In this document: in pieces, positions 36,174 to 47,126 of the stretch
Layout: every line of letters begins with the position of its first letter
How positions within the stretch are numbered: the first letter of the stretch is position 1
DNA from: an uncultured Solirubrobacteraceae bacterium
Lineage (GTDB): Bacteria; Actinomycetota; Thermoleophilia; Solirubrobacterales; Solirubrobacteraceae
Length of the DNA: 64,000 nt
Reading direction: 5' to 3'
NCBI GenBank assembly: GCA_963744035.1
Contig: CAVURZ010000004.1
Coordinates: 653,440 to 717,439 of the forward strand
Program-made: the position numbers and the translations under genes
Notes under the pieces: model-generated
Told to the model about the DNA's origin: nothing
Seen by the model: the letters and a program-made list of their open reading frames with translations, nothing else
Databases searched by the model: none

Positions 36174-37643
36174 CTAGACGATTCCGCTCGGCTGCGAGCG
36201 GGTGCCCGGTTCCTGCACCGGCAGCGAGTTGGGCGGCACCGACACCGGCGCTTTCGCCTCACATCCGCCTTCCGCCAATTCGATCTGGGAGACTTCGACA
36301 GCCGGCAGGGTCTTCGGCTTCTTCGGTTCCGGCGGGGCCGCGAAGTTGAACGCGCCGGTCAGATCGCCCGTCGTTTCACGCCGCCAGGCACTCAGGTTCG
36401 GGACTTCCACCCCAAAGCGCGTCTCGAGGAACCTGAGTATCGAGGTGTGGTCGTAGGTCTCCGAGGACACAAGGCCACCCCGGGTGAACGGCGAGAGGAC
36501 CAGCATCGGCACCCGGAAGCCCAGACCGATCGGGCCGGTGTCACCACCGTCGTTGTTGGTGATGTCCGGCACCGTCAGGTACTCGTCCGGCGTCCCCAGC
36601 GGAGCCGTCGGCGGCGGGACGTGGTCGAAGAAGCCGCCGTTCTCATCCCACGTGACGAAAACCGCGGTTTTTTCCCAGACCTTTTTGTGTTTCATGAGCA
36701 TTCCCAGAAGTTCTGAGACGACGTGCTCGCCGACCTTGGCGGAGGAGTTCCCGGGGTGCTCGGTTTCGACCAGCGACGTGTTGATCCAGGAGACCTGGGG
36801 CAGTTCACCGCGGGCCAGGTCCTGCTTGAAGTTATGCGGATAGGACTGGTTGAAGGCCAGGTTGTGCAGGGTCGGGTCCGTCGCCATGTTTTTGAACAGA
36901 CCAAGCACGTTGTCCTCGAACCCGAAGCTGGTGCCCGAGTAGGACTTCCAGGTGATCCCGGCCGACTGCAGCTGTTCGGGCATCGTCCGCCAGGTGAACG
37001 GCGTTTCGCTGAATGTCGGCGAGACCGTCGTGGTCTGCACCAGCGGCCCACCGTTCTGGCCGTTCGGGTCGATCGTCCCGGACACCGAGTACAGGCGGTT
37101 CGGGTAGGTCGGGCCCATCACCGAGCAGTGGTAGTGGTCGCAGAGGGTGAACGTGTTCGCGAGCGCCCGGTAAAAGGGAATGTCCGCCTGCTCGTAGTAG
37201 CCCATAGTCTCGACGCCGGCCTGCGTGCCGTCGTATTCGAGGTGAGACATGACGAATCGGTCCATGGCGCCGTTGTTCCAGCTGTTGTGCTGGGGCACCC
37301 AGCTGTGCGTCAGGTCGGGGAAGCACTGCGCCACACCTTTGGTTTCGAGGTGAAACGGCAGCAGCTTTCCGTCGAAGCCTTCGGCCGCATAGCCTTCCTG
37401 TTCGAGCACCGACTGAGGGGCGTTTGCGAAGCCCTCGACGCCGCTGTAGGTACCGAAGTAGTGATCGAACGAGCGGTTCTCCTGAATCAGGATGATCACG
37501 TGGTCGATGTCCGTCAGTTTGCCGAGCGGCAGCACTTTTTTAGCGCTGGCCATCTGGGCAAGCGGGTCGGCGCTCAGCGCCACCGCTGCTCCCGCAGCTG
37601 CCCCGGCCTTCAGTGCCGCTCTACGCGTCAGACGCGAATCCAT
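36174..37643 (-). CDS. Tat-exported phospholipase C / phosphoesterase
   Basis: TRRAALK Tat motif, QENRSFDHYFG, GPTYPNR, WDENGGFFDHVPPP and GFRVP. Confidence 0.92.
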   Translation of the reverse strand: MDSRLTRRAALKAGAAAGAAVALSADPLAQMASAKKVLPLGKLTDIDHVIILIQENRSFDHYFGTYSGVEGFANAPQSVLEQEGYAAEGFDGKLLPFHLETKGVAQCFPDLTHSWVPQHNSWNNGAMDRFVMSHLEYDGTQAGVETMGYYEQADIPFYRALANTFTLCDHYHCSVMGPTYPNRLYSVSGTIDPNGQNGGPLVQTTTVSPTFSETPFTWRTMPEQLQSAGITWKSYSGTSFGFEDNVLGLFKNMATDPTLHNLAFNQSYPHNFKQDLARGELPQVSWINTSLVETEHPGNSSAKVGEHVVSELLGMLMKHKKVWEKTAVFVTWDENGGFFDHVPPPTAPLGTPDEYLTVPDITNNDGGDTGPIGLGFRVPMLVLSPFTRGGLVSSETYDHTSILRFLETRFGVEVPNLSAWRRETTGDLTGAFNFAAPPEPKKPKTLPAVEVSQIELAEGGCEAKAPVSVPPNSLPVQEPGTRSQPSGIV

Positions 37644-37736
37644 TGTCCCTCCTCCTTGGTGGCCCTCCCCCGAGGGCCGTTACGCCAGACAGTACCGGCC
37701 CGCAGACGTTTGCGCCACCCCTGCTGTTGACGGCGG

Positions 37737-39047
37737 TCAGGAGAACGCTCCCGAGCCGACCCAGTCCGACTGGCCGTGCACGCCGGCGGGCACGAAGAAA
37801 TAGCCGCCGCCGACCGGCGTGATGTAGTCGACCATCGGCTCGGCATCCAGTCTTTCCTGGATCGTCTGGAACTGCCGTTTCGGGCTCTGGTTGAAGGCGA
37901 CGAAGACGAGGCCCTGGTCGAGCGAGCCGGCCTCGTCGAGGCCTCTGGCGTAGTTGAACCCTCGACGCAGGATCCGCTGGTCGGCGGTCTGGGCTGTGCG
38001 CGGGTTCGCCAGGCGGATATGCGCGTCCAGTGGGACCCGCCTGCCGTCCGGGTCGAGGTCGTAACGGGGGTCCTCGAACTCGTCGTCTCCGCCCAGCGGC
38101 GCTCCGCTCGTGCGCGATCTGCCGATCAGCTTTTCCTGCTCGCTCTGTCCGACCCGGTCCCAGAACTCGACGTGCATGCGGATGATTCGAACGACCTGGT
38201 AGGTGCCTCCGCTCGTCCAGGCGGGGCCTCCGCCCCCGTTTACCCAGACCAGCTTCCTCATCAGCGCGGCGTCGCTCGTCGGCGGGTTGGCCGTCCCGTC
38301 GCGGAAGGCGAACAGGTTGCGCGCGTTGTTGTGCACGGACGGCCCCCGAGCGGCACCGCTGAAGCCGTCCAGCGTCCAGCGGGCCTGCAGCGATCCGCGG
38401 ACCGTCCGCAGCAGCTCGCGCAGCGTGTGCGTGACGGTGTCGCGTTGATGCGCGCAGATCTGCACCATCACGTCGCCGTGGCTCTGCGCCGGATCGAGCA
38501 CATCTGTGGAGAACGTCGGCATCCTGATCAGCTCAGGCGGACGGGCCGGCGCCAGGCCGTAGCGCTCGTCGAACAGCGAGGCCCCGAAGGAGATCGTGAT
38601 CGTCAGGCCGTCCGGGGTGTTGACCGGTCCGAGGATGCCGGAGTCCAACGGCGGGTCGTCCGGCTCCAGTTCAGAGGGAGGGGTTCCGCTCGTCAGCTGC
38701 GGGATGGCGCCGCCGAGCGCCAGTTCCCTTGCCCTGTGGCTCAGCGCCTGAAGCGCCTCCTGCAGCACCCCCCGGTTCGGGGCGATCGAGTCGAGCGCCG
38801 CGAAGGTCGCCTGCGCCGGGCGAGGGGTCAGGACGCCGGCCTGGTGAAGGCCTTCGAACGGCTCGCGCAGGGCGAGCTGGGCGGTTGCGACGTCGTGTTC
38901 CTCGGCGGCCGTCGGCGGGCTGCTCCTACCCGACGCGCCGTCTGCCTCGTTGTGATTGCGGGCCAGCGCGCCCACCCCGCCGAGCGCGCCGGCGCCGATG
39001 ACGGCCGCCGAGCGGGTCAGAAAGGTGCGCCGGTCTGAATCGCTCAT
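37737..39047 (-). CDS. efeB: Tat-exported Dyp-type peroxidase (EfeB-like)
   Basis: RRTFL Tat motif, HQAGV, FRDGTAN, AHIRLANPR and ILRRGFNY. Confidence 0.9.
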   Translation of the reverse strand: MSDSDRRTFLTRSAAVIGAGALGGVGALARNHNEADGASGRSSPPTAAEEHDVATAQLALREPFEGLHQAGVLTPRPAQATFAALDSIAPNRGVLQEALQALSHRARELALGGAIPQLTSGTPPSELEPDDPPLDSGILGPVNTPDGLTITISFGASLFDERYGLAPARPPELIRMPTFSTDVLDPAQSHGDVMVQICAHQRDTVTHTLRELLRTVRGSLQARWTLDGFSGAARGPSVHNNARNLFAFRDGTANPPTSDAALMRKLVWVNGGGGPAWTSGGTYQVVRIIRMHVEFWDRVGQSEQEKLIGRSRTSGAPLGGDDEFEDPRYDLDPDGRRVPLDAHIRLANPRTAQTADQRILRRGFNYARGLDEAGSLDQGLVFVAFNQSPKRQFQTIQERLDAEPMVDYITPVGGGYFFVPAGVHGQSDWVGSGAFS

Positions 39048-40117
39048 GGATCGATCCTCACATCCTTCTGGGGGATCGGTGTGATCGTCGGGCGCGGTTC
39101 CGCCTCCAGCGCTCCCGGCAGCGCCGCCAGGGTCTCGAGCGCTCCACCGAGGGTTCCGTCGAGCTGAGTGGACTGGCTCTGTGTGAGCTGCCGGTTGCTC
39201 GGCAGCCGGCCCCCGTGGGCGGCCAGGAGGGAGCTCATCACCGCACGGACCCGTTCCAGTTCCGCTTCCACAGGCGGGCCCAGCGGGCGCTCGCCTTCCT
39301 CTTCGCTGTGGAGCAGCGGATGCAGCGTCGAGATCACCTCTTCGGTCGCCCGCAGCCCGGCCTCGGTGGCCACCACGCCTTCACCGCTCCACGGCACGTC
39401 TGCGCCGCTCAGCTCGTCGCGCACCGCGTCCTCGAGGATCTCGTGCGCGCGCGTCGCATATTCAAGCGGTGAGATCGCCACGTGGGGAAGGGTCCGGCGC
39501 ATCCGCTGCACATCCGCCTTCAGCCGGGCCGCGGTGCCGAGCAACGACGCGGGAGAGGCGCCCGTCCAGAGGCCGTATTCCAGCCGATGAAGGCCGGAGA
39601 ACCGGGGGTTGTGGACGCCGCCCGAAAGGCCCCCCGCGGTGCCGTCGATTTCGTCGTTCAGCTCACCCAGCGAGCCGACGAGATAAACCGCTCCGAGTCG
39701 CAGATAGACGCCGTAGGCTTCACTCCACGCCCGCTTCGCCGCGGCCGTGTCGTTCGCCGCAAGTGTCTGTTTGAGTCGTTCGAGCTTGAATTCGAGCAAC
39801 GCCAGTTGCGCGTCCGCGTAGCGGCGATAGCGGGCCACCGGCGCGATGAAGTCGGCGGGTACCAGCAGAAGCGGTTTTACCGCCGGCGCGGTCGGCGCCA
39901 GGGCGCCGGCGGAGTGCGCGACCGAATAGAAGGAGTAGCTGCTGAGCACGTGCGGGGATTCCACGGCCAGGACCGCGTAGGTACTCGTCGGCGCCGGTGG
40001 GGGCGTGCTCGCCGGCTTGCCCACTCCCAGCAGGGTGAACAGGAGAAACACGCCGAGCGCCGCACCCAGAGCGGCAGCGGCTGTCAGCAATCCTCGCCTT
40101 CCCCTCAGACCCTCCAT
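39044..40117 (-). CDS. efeO: EfeO/imelysin-like iron-uptake protein
   Basis: FSGLHRLEYGLW (HxxE) motif and RAHEILED; overlaps the efeB start. Confidence 0.8.
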   Translation of the reverse strand: MEGLRGRRGLLTAAAALGAALGVFLLFTLLGVGKPASTPPPAPTSTYAVLAVESPHVLSSYSFYSVAHSAGALAPTAPAVKPLLLVPADFIAPVARYRRYADAQLALLEFKLERLKQTLAANDTAAAKRAWSEAYGVYLRLGAVYLVGSLGELNDEIDGTAGGLSGGVHNPRFSGLHRLEYGLWTGASPASLLGTAARLKADVQRMRRTLPHVAISPLEYATRAHEILEDAVRDELSGADVPWSGEGVVATEAGLRATEEVISTLHPLLHSEEEGERPLGPPVEAELERVRAVMSSLLAAHGGRLPSNRQLTQSQSTQLDGTLGGALETLAALPGALEAEPRPTITPIPQKDVRIDP

Positions 40118-40168
40118 GCACCGATTATCACAGTGCACCAGCGGTTCTCGCCCCACTAATCTGGCCTG

Positions 40169-40993
40169 GTGACCCGCATGCGTGATCAGGATGCGCTGGC
40201 CGAGCGCTTACTGGATCTCCATCTCGGCGAGCGGCCGCTGGTGATGGCGAACGCGTGGGACAGGGGCTCCGCTCGCGTGTTGGAGTCACTCGGCTTTGCT
40301 GCGCTGGCCACCACGAGCAGCGGCCATGCCGCGTCGCTGGGGCGGCTCGACTATGGCACGAGCAGGGATGAGACCCTCGTCCATGCAGCCGAGCTGACCG
40401 GTGCGGTGGAGCTTCCAATCTCGGCCGACCTCGAGGATTGCTTCCCCCGCGACCCCGGTGGCGTGGCTGAGACGGTGCGGCGGGCAGCCGCGGCGGGCCT
40501 GTCGGGCTGCTCGATCGAGGACTGGGATCCGCTCGCCGAGGTGCTGTTGCCCATGGAGCGAGCCGCTGAGCGCGTGGCTGTGGCGGCCGAGCAGGCCCGC
40601 ACCCCGGGTGCCCGCCTGATTCTCACCGCCCGCGCTGAGAATCACCTTCGCGCGAACCCCGACGTCGAGGATACGGTGGCGCGGCTGCGCGCCTACCAGG
40701 AGGCCGGCGCCGACGTGCTCTACGCGCCCGGGGTGCAGCGGCGCCAGGACATCGAGCTGATCGTCAGATCGCTCGAGCGGCCGGTCAACGTCCTGATTCG
40801 CCCGGGCTCGCCGTCACTCACCGAGCTCACAGAGATCGGCGTGGGCCGTGTCTCCGTGGGCGGGGCCTTTGCGTTCCTTGCGTATGGTGCGCTGGCCGAG
40901 GCCGCGGAGGCCCTGCTGACGGGGGGCTCCTACGATTTCCTCGCGCCGGCCGCCGCGGGCGGAGCGGTGGCACAGAAGTCTTTCGGGCGCTGA
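40169..40993 (+). CDS. isocitrate lyase / PEP mutase family protein
   Basis: NAWDRGSAR, ATTSSG, ISADLED, GCSIED, ARAE and AGADVLYAPG motifs. Confidence 0.88.
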   Translation: MTRMRDQDALAERLLDLHLGERPLVMANAWDRGSARVLESLGFAALATTSSGHAASLGRLDYGTSRDETLVHAAELTGAVELPISADLEDCFPRDPGGVAETVRRAAAAGLSGCSIEDWDPLAEVLLPMERAAERVAVAAEQARTPGARLILTARAENHLRANPDVEDTVARLRAYQEAGADVLYAPGVQRRQDIELIVRSLERPVNVLIRPGSPSLTELTEIGVGRVSVGGAFAFLAYGALAEAAEALLTGGSYDFLAPAAAGGAVAQKSFGR

Positions 40994-40997
40994 GTGC

Positions 40998-43442
40998 TCA
41001 CTCGCCGCGAGCATCCAAGGAGCCCCTGACCCGCTCGCCCCTGGGGTCGAACAGCGGCTCCTTCGCGACCTCGCCGGCGACCCACTCGCCGAAGATGTCC
41101 ACTTCCACGGCAGTGCCGACGGCGACCCCGGCGGGCAGATAGGCGTAGGCGATCGAGCGCTCCACCGTGTATCCGTAGCCGCCGCTGGTCACACGCCCGA
41201 CCGTCTCGCCGCCGACACGGACGGGCTCGTTTCCAAGGGCAACCGAGCGGGGATCCTCGAGTACCAGGCAGCGCAGCCGCCGCTCGGGCTCGCCCGCCGC
41301 GAGGAGCGCCTCGCGGCCGATGAACTCGCCCTCCTTCTTCACACAGAACCCCAGTCCGGACTCGTAGGGGGTCTCATCGGGTGTGATGTCGGCTGCCCAC
41401 ACCCGATAGCCCTTCTCCAGGCGCATCGAGTCGATCGCGCGATACCCGCAGGCGCGCAGTCCCCGATCGCGGCCGGACTCCCATATCGAACGCCACAGCC
41501 CGGGCCCGTACTCCGTCGGGCAGTAGAGCTCCCAGCCGAGCTCCCCGACGAAGGTCACGCGCAGGGCCCGTACCGGCACGTCGCCGACGGGGAGTTCGCG
41601 CATGTGCATGTAGCCGAAGTCCAGCGGGTCGGGCGTGAGCGGCCCGAGGATCTCCGGTGCCCGCGGACCCCACAGCGCGAAGCAGGCCCACCTGGCGGTG
41701 ACGTCCGTGCAGCGAACGCTCCCGTCGTTCGGGGCATGACGGCGGATCCAGCTGAGGTCGTGGTTCGCGAAGGCCGTCCCGGTGACGATCGAGAACAGCT
41801 CCTCCTCGACCCGCGTCACGGTGAAGTCGCACTCGATCCCGCCGCGGCGGTTGAGCATCTGCGTGTAGGTGATCGCGCCGACCTCCCCGGCCACGCTGTT
41901 GTCGCACAGGCCTTCAAGGAACTCGGCTGCCCCGGGACCCGAGATCTCGAGCTTGGCGAAGGAGGACTCGTCGAACAGGCCGGCCTGCTCGCGGGTCGCG
42001 CGGTGCTCTGCTCCGATCGCCGGCGACCAGTGCATCCCGGCCCAGCCGCGAGGCCGCAGCGACTCATCGCCCTCGGCCGCGTTGGACTCGTACCAGTTGA
42101 CCCGCTCCCAGCCGGACTTCTCGCCGAAGGACGCTCCGTGTTGGGCGTGCCACGGGTAGGCGCTGGAGGTGCGCAGCGGCCGCCCGGCCTGGCGCTCATG
42201 ACCGGGATAGCGGATGTCGTAGTAGGTCTCATAGACCTCCTTGGCCCGCTTCAGCGTGTAGCCGGGCGAGCGGAAGTGTGGGCCGAAGCGGCGGATGTCC
42301 ATCTCCCACATGTCCATCGCCGGCTCCCCGGCCTGGATCCACTCGGCCATCGCCTTGCCGATCCCGCCGGCCCCCGCCAGGCCGTGTGCGCAGAACCCGG
42401 CGGCCACGAAGAATCCCCGCACCTCGCTCTCGCCGAGACAGAACTCGTTGTCCGGGGTGAAGGCCTCGGGGCCGTTGATCAGCCGGGTCACCGTGATCTC
42501 GTCCATCACCGGCACGCGCCTGCGGGAGTTGGCGGCGATCTCCTCGAACCGCGGCCAGTCCTCTTCGAGCAGGCGCCCGTTGAAGTCGCTCGGCACCGCG
42601 TCCACGAGATGCTCGTCCAGCGCCCACGGCGCGGATTCCCGCTCGTAGCCGCCCATGATCAGCCCGCCTCCCTCCTCGCGGAAGTAGATCAGCAGGTCGG
42701 GGTCGCGCAGCGTCGGCAGATGCTCGCCGGCGGAACGCTCGCGAAACGGCTGTGTCACCAGGTACTCGTGTGCGAACGGGACGATCGGGACGCGGACGCC
42801 CGCCATGCGCCCGATCTCCGCCGCGAACATCCCGCCGGCGTTGACGATCACCTCCGCCTCGATCGCGCCCCACTCGGTCTGCACCCCGCGCACGGCCCCG
42901 TCGCGGACGTCAACCGATTCGACGCGGGTGTGGGTGAAGATCTGCACGCCGGCTGCCCTCGCGCCGTCGGCCAGCGCCGTTGTCAACAGCGAGGGATCGA
43001 GGTAGCCGTCGGTCGCCAGGTAGGAGCCGCAGCGGACGCCCTCGGTGTCCATCAGCGGGAACAACTCCTTCGCCTCACCGGCGGAGATCAGCTCCAGGGG
43101 CAGGCCGAAGGTCTTCGCCCAGGCGACCTGGCGCAGCACCTCCTGCTCGCGCTCGGCCGTGCAGGCCAGACGGATGCCGCCGCACTCCACCCAGCCGCAG
43201 TCAAGCGTCCGGTAGAGCTCGACCGAGTCCATCATCATTTTCGTCAGCGGCAGGCTCGAACGCAGCTGTCCGACGAGGCCGGCCGAGTGGAACGTCGAGC
43301 CGCTGGTCAGCTCGTTGCGGTCGAGCAGCACCACGTCGGATTCGCCCAGCTGGGCCAGGTGGTAGGCGATCGAGGCCCCACCGACGCCGCCGCCGATGAT
43401 CACGACGCGGGCCCGCTCGGGAAGCGTGCGTGGACGGACCAC
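40998..43442 (-). CDS. GcvT-family FAD oxidoreductase (dimethylglycine/sarcosine dehydrogenase-like)
   Basis: IIGGGVGG, GSTFHSAG and NGPEAFTPD motifs, plus the GcvT domain VTFVGELGWE and RLEKGY. Confidence 0.92.
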   Translation of the reverse strand: MVRPRTLPERARVVIIGGGVGGASIAYHLAQLGESDVVLLDRNELTSGSTFHSAGLVGQLRSSLPLTKMMMDSVELYRTLDCGWVECGGIRLACTAEREQEVLRQVAWAKTFGLPLELISAGEAKELFPLMDTEGVRCGSYLATDGYLDPSLLTTALADGARAAGVQIFTHTRVESVDVRDGAVRGVQTEWGAIEAEVIVNAGGMFAAEIGRMAGVRVPIVPFAHEYLVTQPFRERSAGEHLPTLRDPDLLIYFREEGGGLIMGGYERESAPWALDEHLVDAVPSDFNGRLLEEDWPRFEEIAANSRRRVPVMDEITVTRLINGPEAFTPDNEFCLGESEVRGFFVAAGFCAHGLAGAGGIGKAMAEWIQAGEPAMDMWEMDIRRFGPHFRSPGYTLKRAKEVYETYYDIRYPGHERQAGRPLRTSSAYPWHAQHGASFGEKSGWERVNWYESNAAEGDESLRPRGWAGMHWSPAIGAEHRATREQAGLFDESSFAKLEISGPGAAEFLEGLCDNSVAGEVGAITYTQMLNRRGGIECDFTVTRVEEELFSIVTGTAFANHDLSWIRRHAPNDGSVRCTDVTARWACFALWGPRAPEILGPLTPDPLDFGYMHMRELPVGDVPVRALRVTFVGELGWELYCPTEYGPGLWRSIWESGRDRGLRACGYRAIDSMRLEKGYRVWAADITPDETPYESGLGFCVKKEGEFIGREALLAAGEPERRLRCLVLEDPRSVALGNEPVRVGGETVGRVTSGGYGYTVERSIAYAYLPAGVAVGTAVEVDIFGEWVAGEVAKEPLFDPRGERVRGSLDARGE

Positions 43443-43445
43443 TCC

Positions 43446-44346
43446 TCAGCCCCCCACCGCGGCCAGCCAGCCGCCGAACTCGCTGCCCTGGGCCACCGCG
43501 TGCATGCGCTCGAAATGCTCGGTCGCGTAGCCGGCGAAGTCGAACTCGAGCTCTGACACCTGCTGCTGCATGACCCCCCAAGCCCCCTCGCGGACGTCGG
43601 ACAGGACCCGCATCAGTTTCAGCGCAGCCAACTCGGCCGGCGAGGGAGCCGCGCCGAGGTAGGCGCGCAACAGCCTATTGTCGGTTGTCTCGAGGAAGTC
43701 GTTGTTGACCGAAAGGTTGCCCAGATCGAACCACGGGTGCCCCATCCCCGCGTACTCCCAGTCGACCAACATCACCCGGCCGCTGTCGCGGGCCAGGATG
43801 ATGTTGCCCGCCAGCAGGTCGTTGTGACAGGGCCGCAGGGCGTCCGCTCCGCCCAGCGCCGCGGCGATCCGCTCGGCGATCTCCATCGCCTGCGCGTAGT
43901 CCTCGGGCAGCTCGGCGCCGCGCGCGCGGATGATCTGCGTGTAGTCGGCCAGCAGGTCCGGCACCCAGAAACGGCTCGGCAGCTGCACGCCGGAGTCGTG
44001 AAAGGCGCGCAGGGCCACGCCGAGCTCCTCGGCGCGCGACTGCGAGCTCCGGCCCGGCGAGCGGCTCGCAGGCCAGGAACTCCGTCACCAGGCCGCCCTC
44101 GAACTCCGCCGCGACGGCCGGTGCGATGCCCAGGCCTGCGGCGGCGTCGTTGGCGATCCGCTCCGCCTCGCGGCTGATGCCCAGCAGGTCGGTGTCCTTG
44201 CCGTGCAGGCGGATCACGTACTCGCGATCGCCGAGCAGCGCGCGGTAGTTGCGGTTGGTGATGCCGCCCTCAAGGGGCGCCGGCTCGCGGCCGACTGGTC
44301 CCAGAGAGGGCTCGAGACGCTGCAGGATGTCGTTCAACTCTCCCAC
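43446..44346 (-). CDS. choline/ethanolamine kinase family phosphotransferase (frameshift near 44035)
   Basis: GGITNRNY, PCHNDLLAGN (Brenner motif) and VDWEYAGMG..DLGN. Confidence 0.88.
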
Positions 44347-44400
44347 CGCTCCGACTGTCCCCTTGCTCGATAAGGCACACAACCTATACCTTCAAAACCG

Positions 44401-45662
44401 ATGACCGGTAGCCGGCGCGCTCAACGGCGCCGGCCCGAGCGCTCGGCGGCCGAGCTGATCGAGCAGGTCGATCTCGCGGCCGCCTCCCGCGCGGTTGCCG
44501 GCGGCGTCGTGCGAACGCCCGACGATCGACTGCCCGGAGCTCGGCGAGATCGTCGGCAGCCCCGTCGCCCTGAAGGCCGAGTGCCTGCAGGTGACCGGCT
44601 CCTTCAAGCTGCGCGGCGCGCTCAGCAGGATCGCCGCCCTGGGCGAGCGCGCCGCGGCGGGTCTGGTCACGGCAAGCGCCGGCAACCACGGCCGCGCGGT
44701 GGCGGCCGCCGCGCGGCTGCGGGGGTCTGCGAGTGCGAGGTCTTCATGCCACACGACGCCGCGGTGTCGAAGGTGCTGGCCGTCGAAGCCCTCGGCGCTC
44801 ACGTCACGCTGCAGGGCGGCCTCGGTCGATGAGGCGCTCGAGCTGGCGATCCGCCGCGGCGAGGAGAGCGGGGCCGCGTTCGTCCATCCCTTCGACGACC
44901 TCGACGTGATCGCGGGACAGGGGACGCTCGGCTCTGGAGCTGCTCGAGGATGTGCCGGACCTCGCCCGCGTGATCGTGCCGCTCGGCGGCGGGCGGCCTG
45001 GCCTCGGGCATCGGCATCGCGCTGCGCGGCGCCTCGCGCCCGGTCGAGCTGATCGGCGTCCAGGCCGCCGCCTGCGCCCCGTTCGCCGACGCGCTGGCCG
45101 GCCGCGAGGTGCGCTCGGCGACGGAGGCGACGATCGCCGACGGGATCGCGGTCAAGCGCCCCGGGCGCACTGACGCTGCCACTGCTGCGCGAGCTGCTCG
45201 ACGAGGTCCGGACGGTGCCCGAGGACGAGATCGCCGCCGGCATGGTGTTCCTGGCCGAGCGGGCGAAGCTGGTCGCCGAGGGCGCCGGTGCCGTCGGGGT
45301 GGCGGCGCTGATGGCGGGCGGGCTTGCGCCCGTGTCGGGCACGACCGTCGCGATCGTCTCGGGCGGCAACGTCGACAGCGGCCTGCTGGCCGCGCTGCTG
45401 CTGCGCCACGAAACCGAGGAGGGCAGGCGGGTGCGGGTCTTCACCCGCGTGCCCGACCGGCCCGGCGGGCTGGCCGAGCTGCTGGGCCTGGTCGCGCGGA
45501 CGCAGGGCCAACGTCGTCAGCGTCGAGCATCTTCGTGAAGCCGTGGCTCTGCACGTCCGCGAGACGGGTGTCGAGCTGACGCTCGAGACGCGCGGCCCGC
45601 GCCACACCGAGGAGGTGCTGGCGACGCTCGCCGAGGGCGGCTATGAGGCGACGCTCGGCTAG
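44401..45662 (+). CDS. ilvA: threonine ammonia-lyase with ACT domain (frameshifted)
   Basis: LKAECLQVTGSFKLRGA, ASAGNHG, HPFDD..IAGQGT, SGGNVD and VPDRPGGL motifs. Confidence 0.88.
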
Positions 45663-47126
45663 AGCGAACCGGCAGCCGACGACGAACCGCCGCCACTCCC
45701 GGCGCGCCGCCAGCCGCTCCTGCTCGGCCAGCCGGGGCCTGACGACTCGGCCCTCGCCCAGCAGTGCGGCCGCCTGCTCGACGCCGTCGATCAGACCCGC
45801 GCCGACGCCGGCCAGCATCGCCGCGCCGAGGACCGTCGCGTCGGGACGCCCGACGCGCAGCTCGAGGCCCAGCAGGTCAGCCTGGAGTTGGAGCAGCGTC
45901 GGATCGTTGGTCAGCCCGCCGTCGACCTTCAGCGAGTCGATCGCCATCGATGCGGGCATCGCCTCGAGGATGTCGGCGACCCGGTGGGCGATCGCCTCAA
46001 GCGCCGCACGCGCCAGGTGCGCCGGGGCGCACGCCGCGCGTGCAGTCCGGAGATCACCCCGCGCGCCTCGGCCTGCCACCAGGGCGCTCCAAGGCCGGAC
46101 AGAGCCGGCAGCAGCCTGACGCCTGCGCTGTCGCGGACCTCGCCGGCCATCGCCGCAAGCGCCGCCGGGTCCTCCGCCAGGCCGAGCTCTGCGGAGAGCC
46201 ACTCGAGCAGGGCGCCGGCGGCGAAGACGCCGCCGTCGAGTGCGTAGGCGGGCTCGCCGAGTGCGCCCCCCTCTCCTCCTCCGGCCCAGGCGACGGTTGG
46301 TAGGAGCCCCTCGCAGCGCTCCGGCCCCTCGGTGCGGCCGAGAACGAACACCCCGGTGCCATAGGTCGCCTTGACCTGCCCTGCGGCCACGGCCCCCGAC
46401 CCGACGAGCGCGGCCTGCTGGTCGACGAGCTGGGCGCGCAGGGGCAAAGTGACAGGCCAGCGCTCGTGACGGAGCTCGCCCAGCTCACCGAAGGTCGGTC
46501 CGAGCACGGGAAGCAGCGACCGGTCGATCCCGAAGTCCCTCAGCAGTGGCTCGTCCCAGTCGCGGCCGCCGAGGGCCAGCAGCTGCGTTCGCGACGCCGT
46601 CGAGAGGTCGGTGGCGAATCTCCCGGCAAGCCGGTCGAGGAGATGGGCATCGACCGTTCCGAGCCGTAGCCGCCCGGCCGCCAGCGGGGCCTTCAGGCTC
46701 GTCCTCCTCGCGCAGCAGCCAGGCGAGTTTCCCGGCGGAGAAGTAGGGGTCGCGCGGCAGTCCCGAACGCTGCTCGACCGCCTCGGGAATCTCTTGCAGC
46801 AGCTGCTCCTGGCGCTTGTCCTGCCAGACCACGACGGGTGAGAGCGGGCGCAGGCTGTCGGCGTCCCAGGCCATCACCGACTCGCCCTGGTGGTCGAGCC
46901 CCGCCGCCAGGATCTCCCGGCCGTCCGCGGCCTGGAGCACCTCGGAGACCGTGTCAAGGACGGCCTCGAGGATCAGCTCGGGATCCTGCTCGACCCAACC
47001 GGGCCGGGGATGGCTGACGGGCACAGCCCGCCGCGCCAGCGCGACCGGCGTCAGGTCGAGCTCGAACAGCCCCGCCTTCACGGCGGTGGTCCCCTCGTCA
47101 ATCCCCAGCAGCAGCCCCTCGCTCAC
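45659..47126 (-). CDS. glpK: FGGY carbohydrate kinase, glycerol kinase-like (frameshifted)
   Basis: GIDEGTT, PGWVEQDP, DPYFSAGK, DQQAAL, KATYGTG, GLGAPWW and VDGGL motifs. Confidence 0.75.

Noticed and set aside
41604-43556. Long antisense ORFs (e.g. 41604-43556, 17469-19229, 37776-39038, and the upstream extension of 61193-63811)
   Set aside because: These are shadow ORFs opposite real genes, expected in ~70% GC DNA with strong codon bias; they contain no recognisable motifs.
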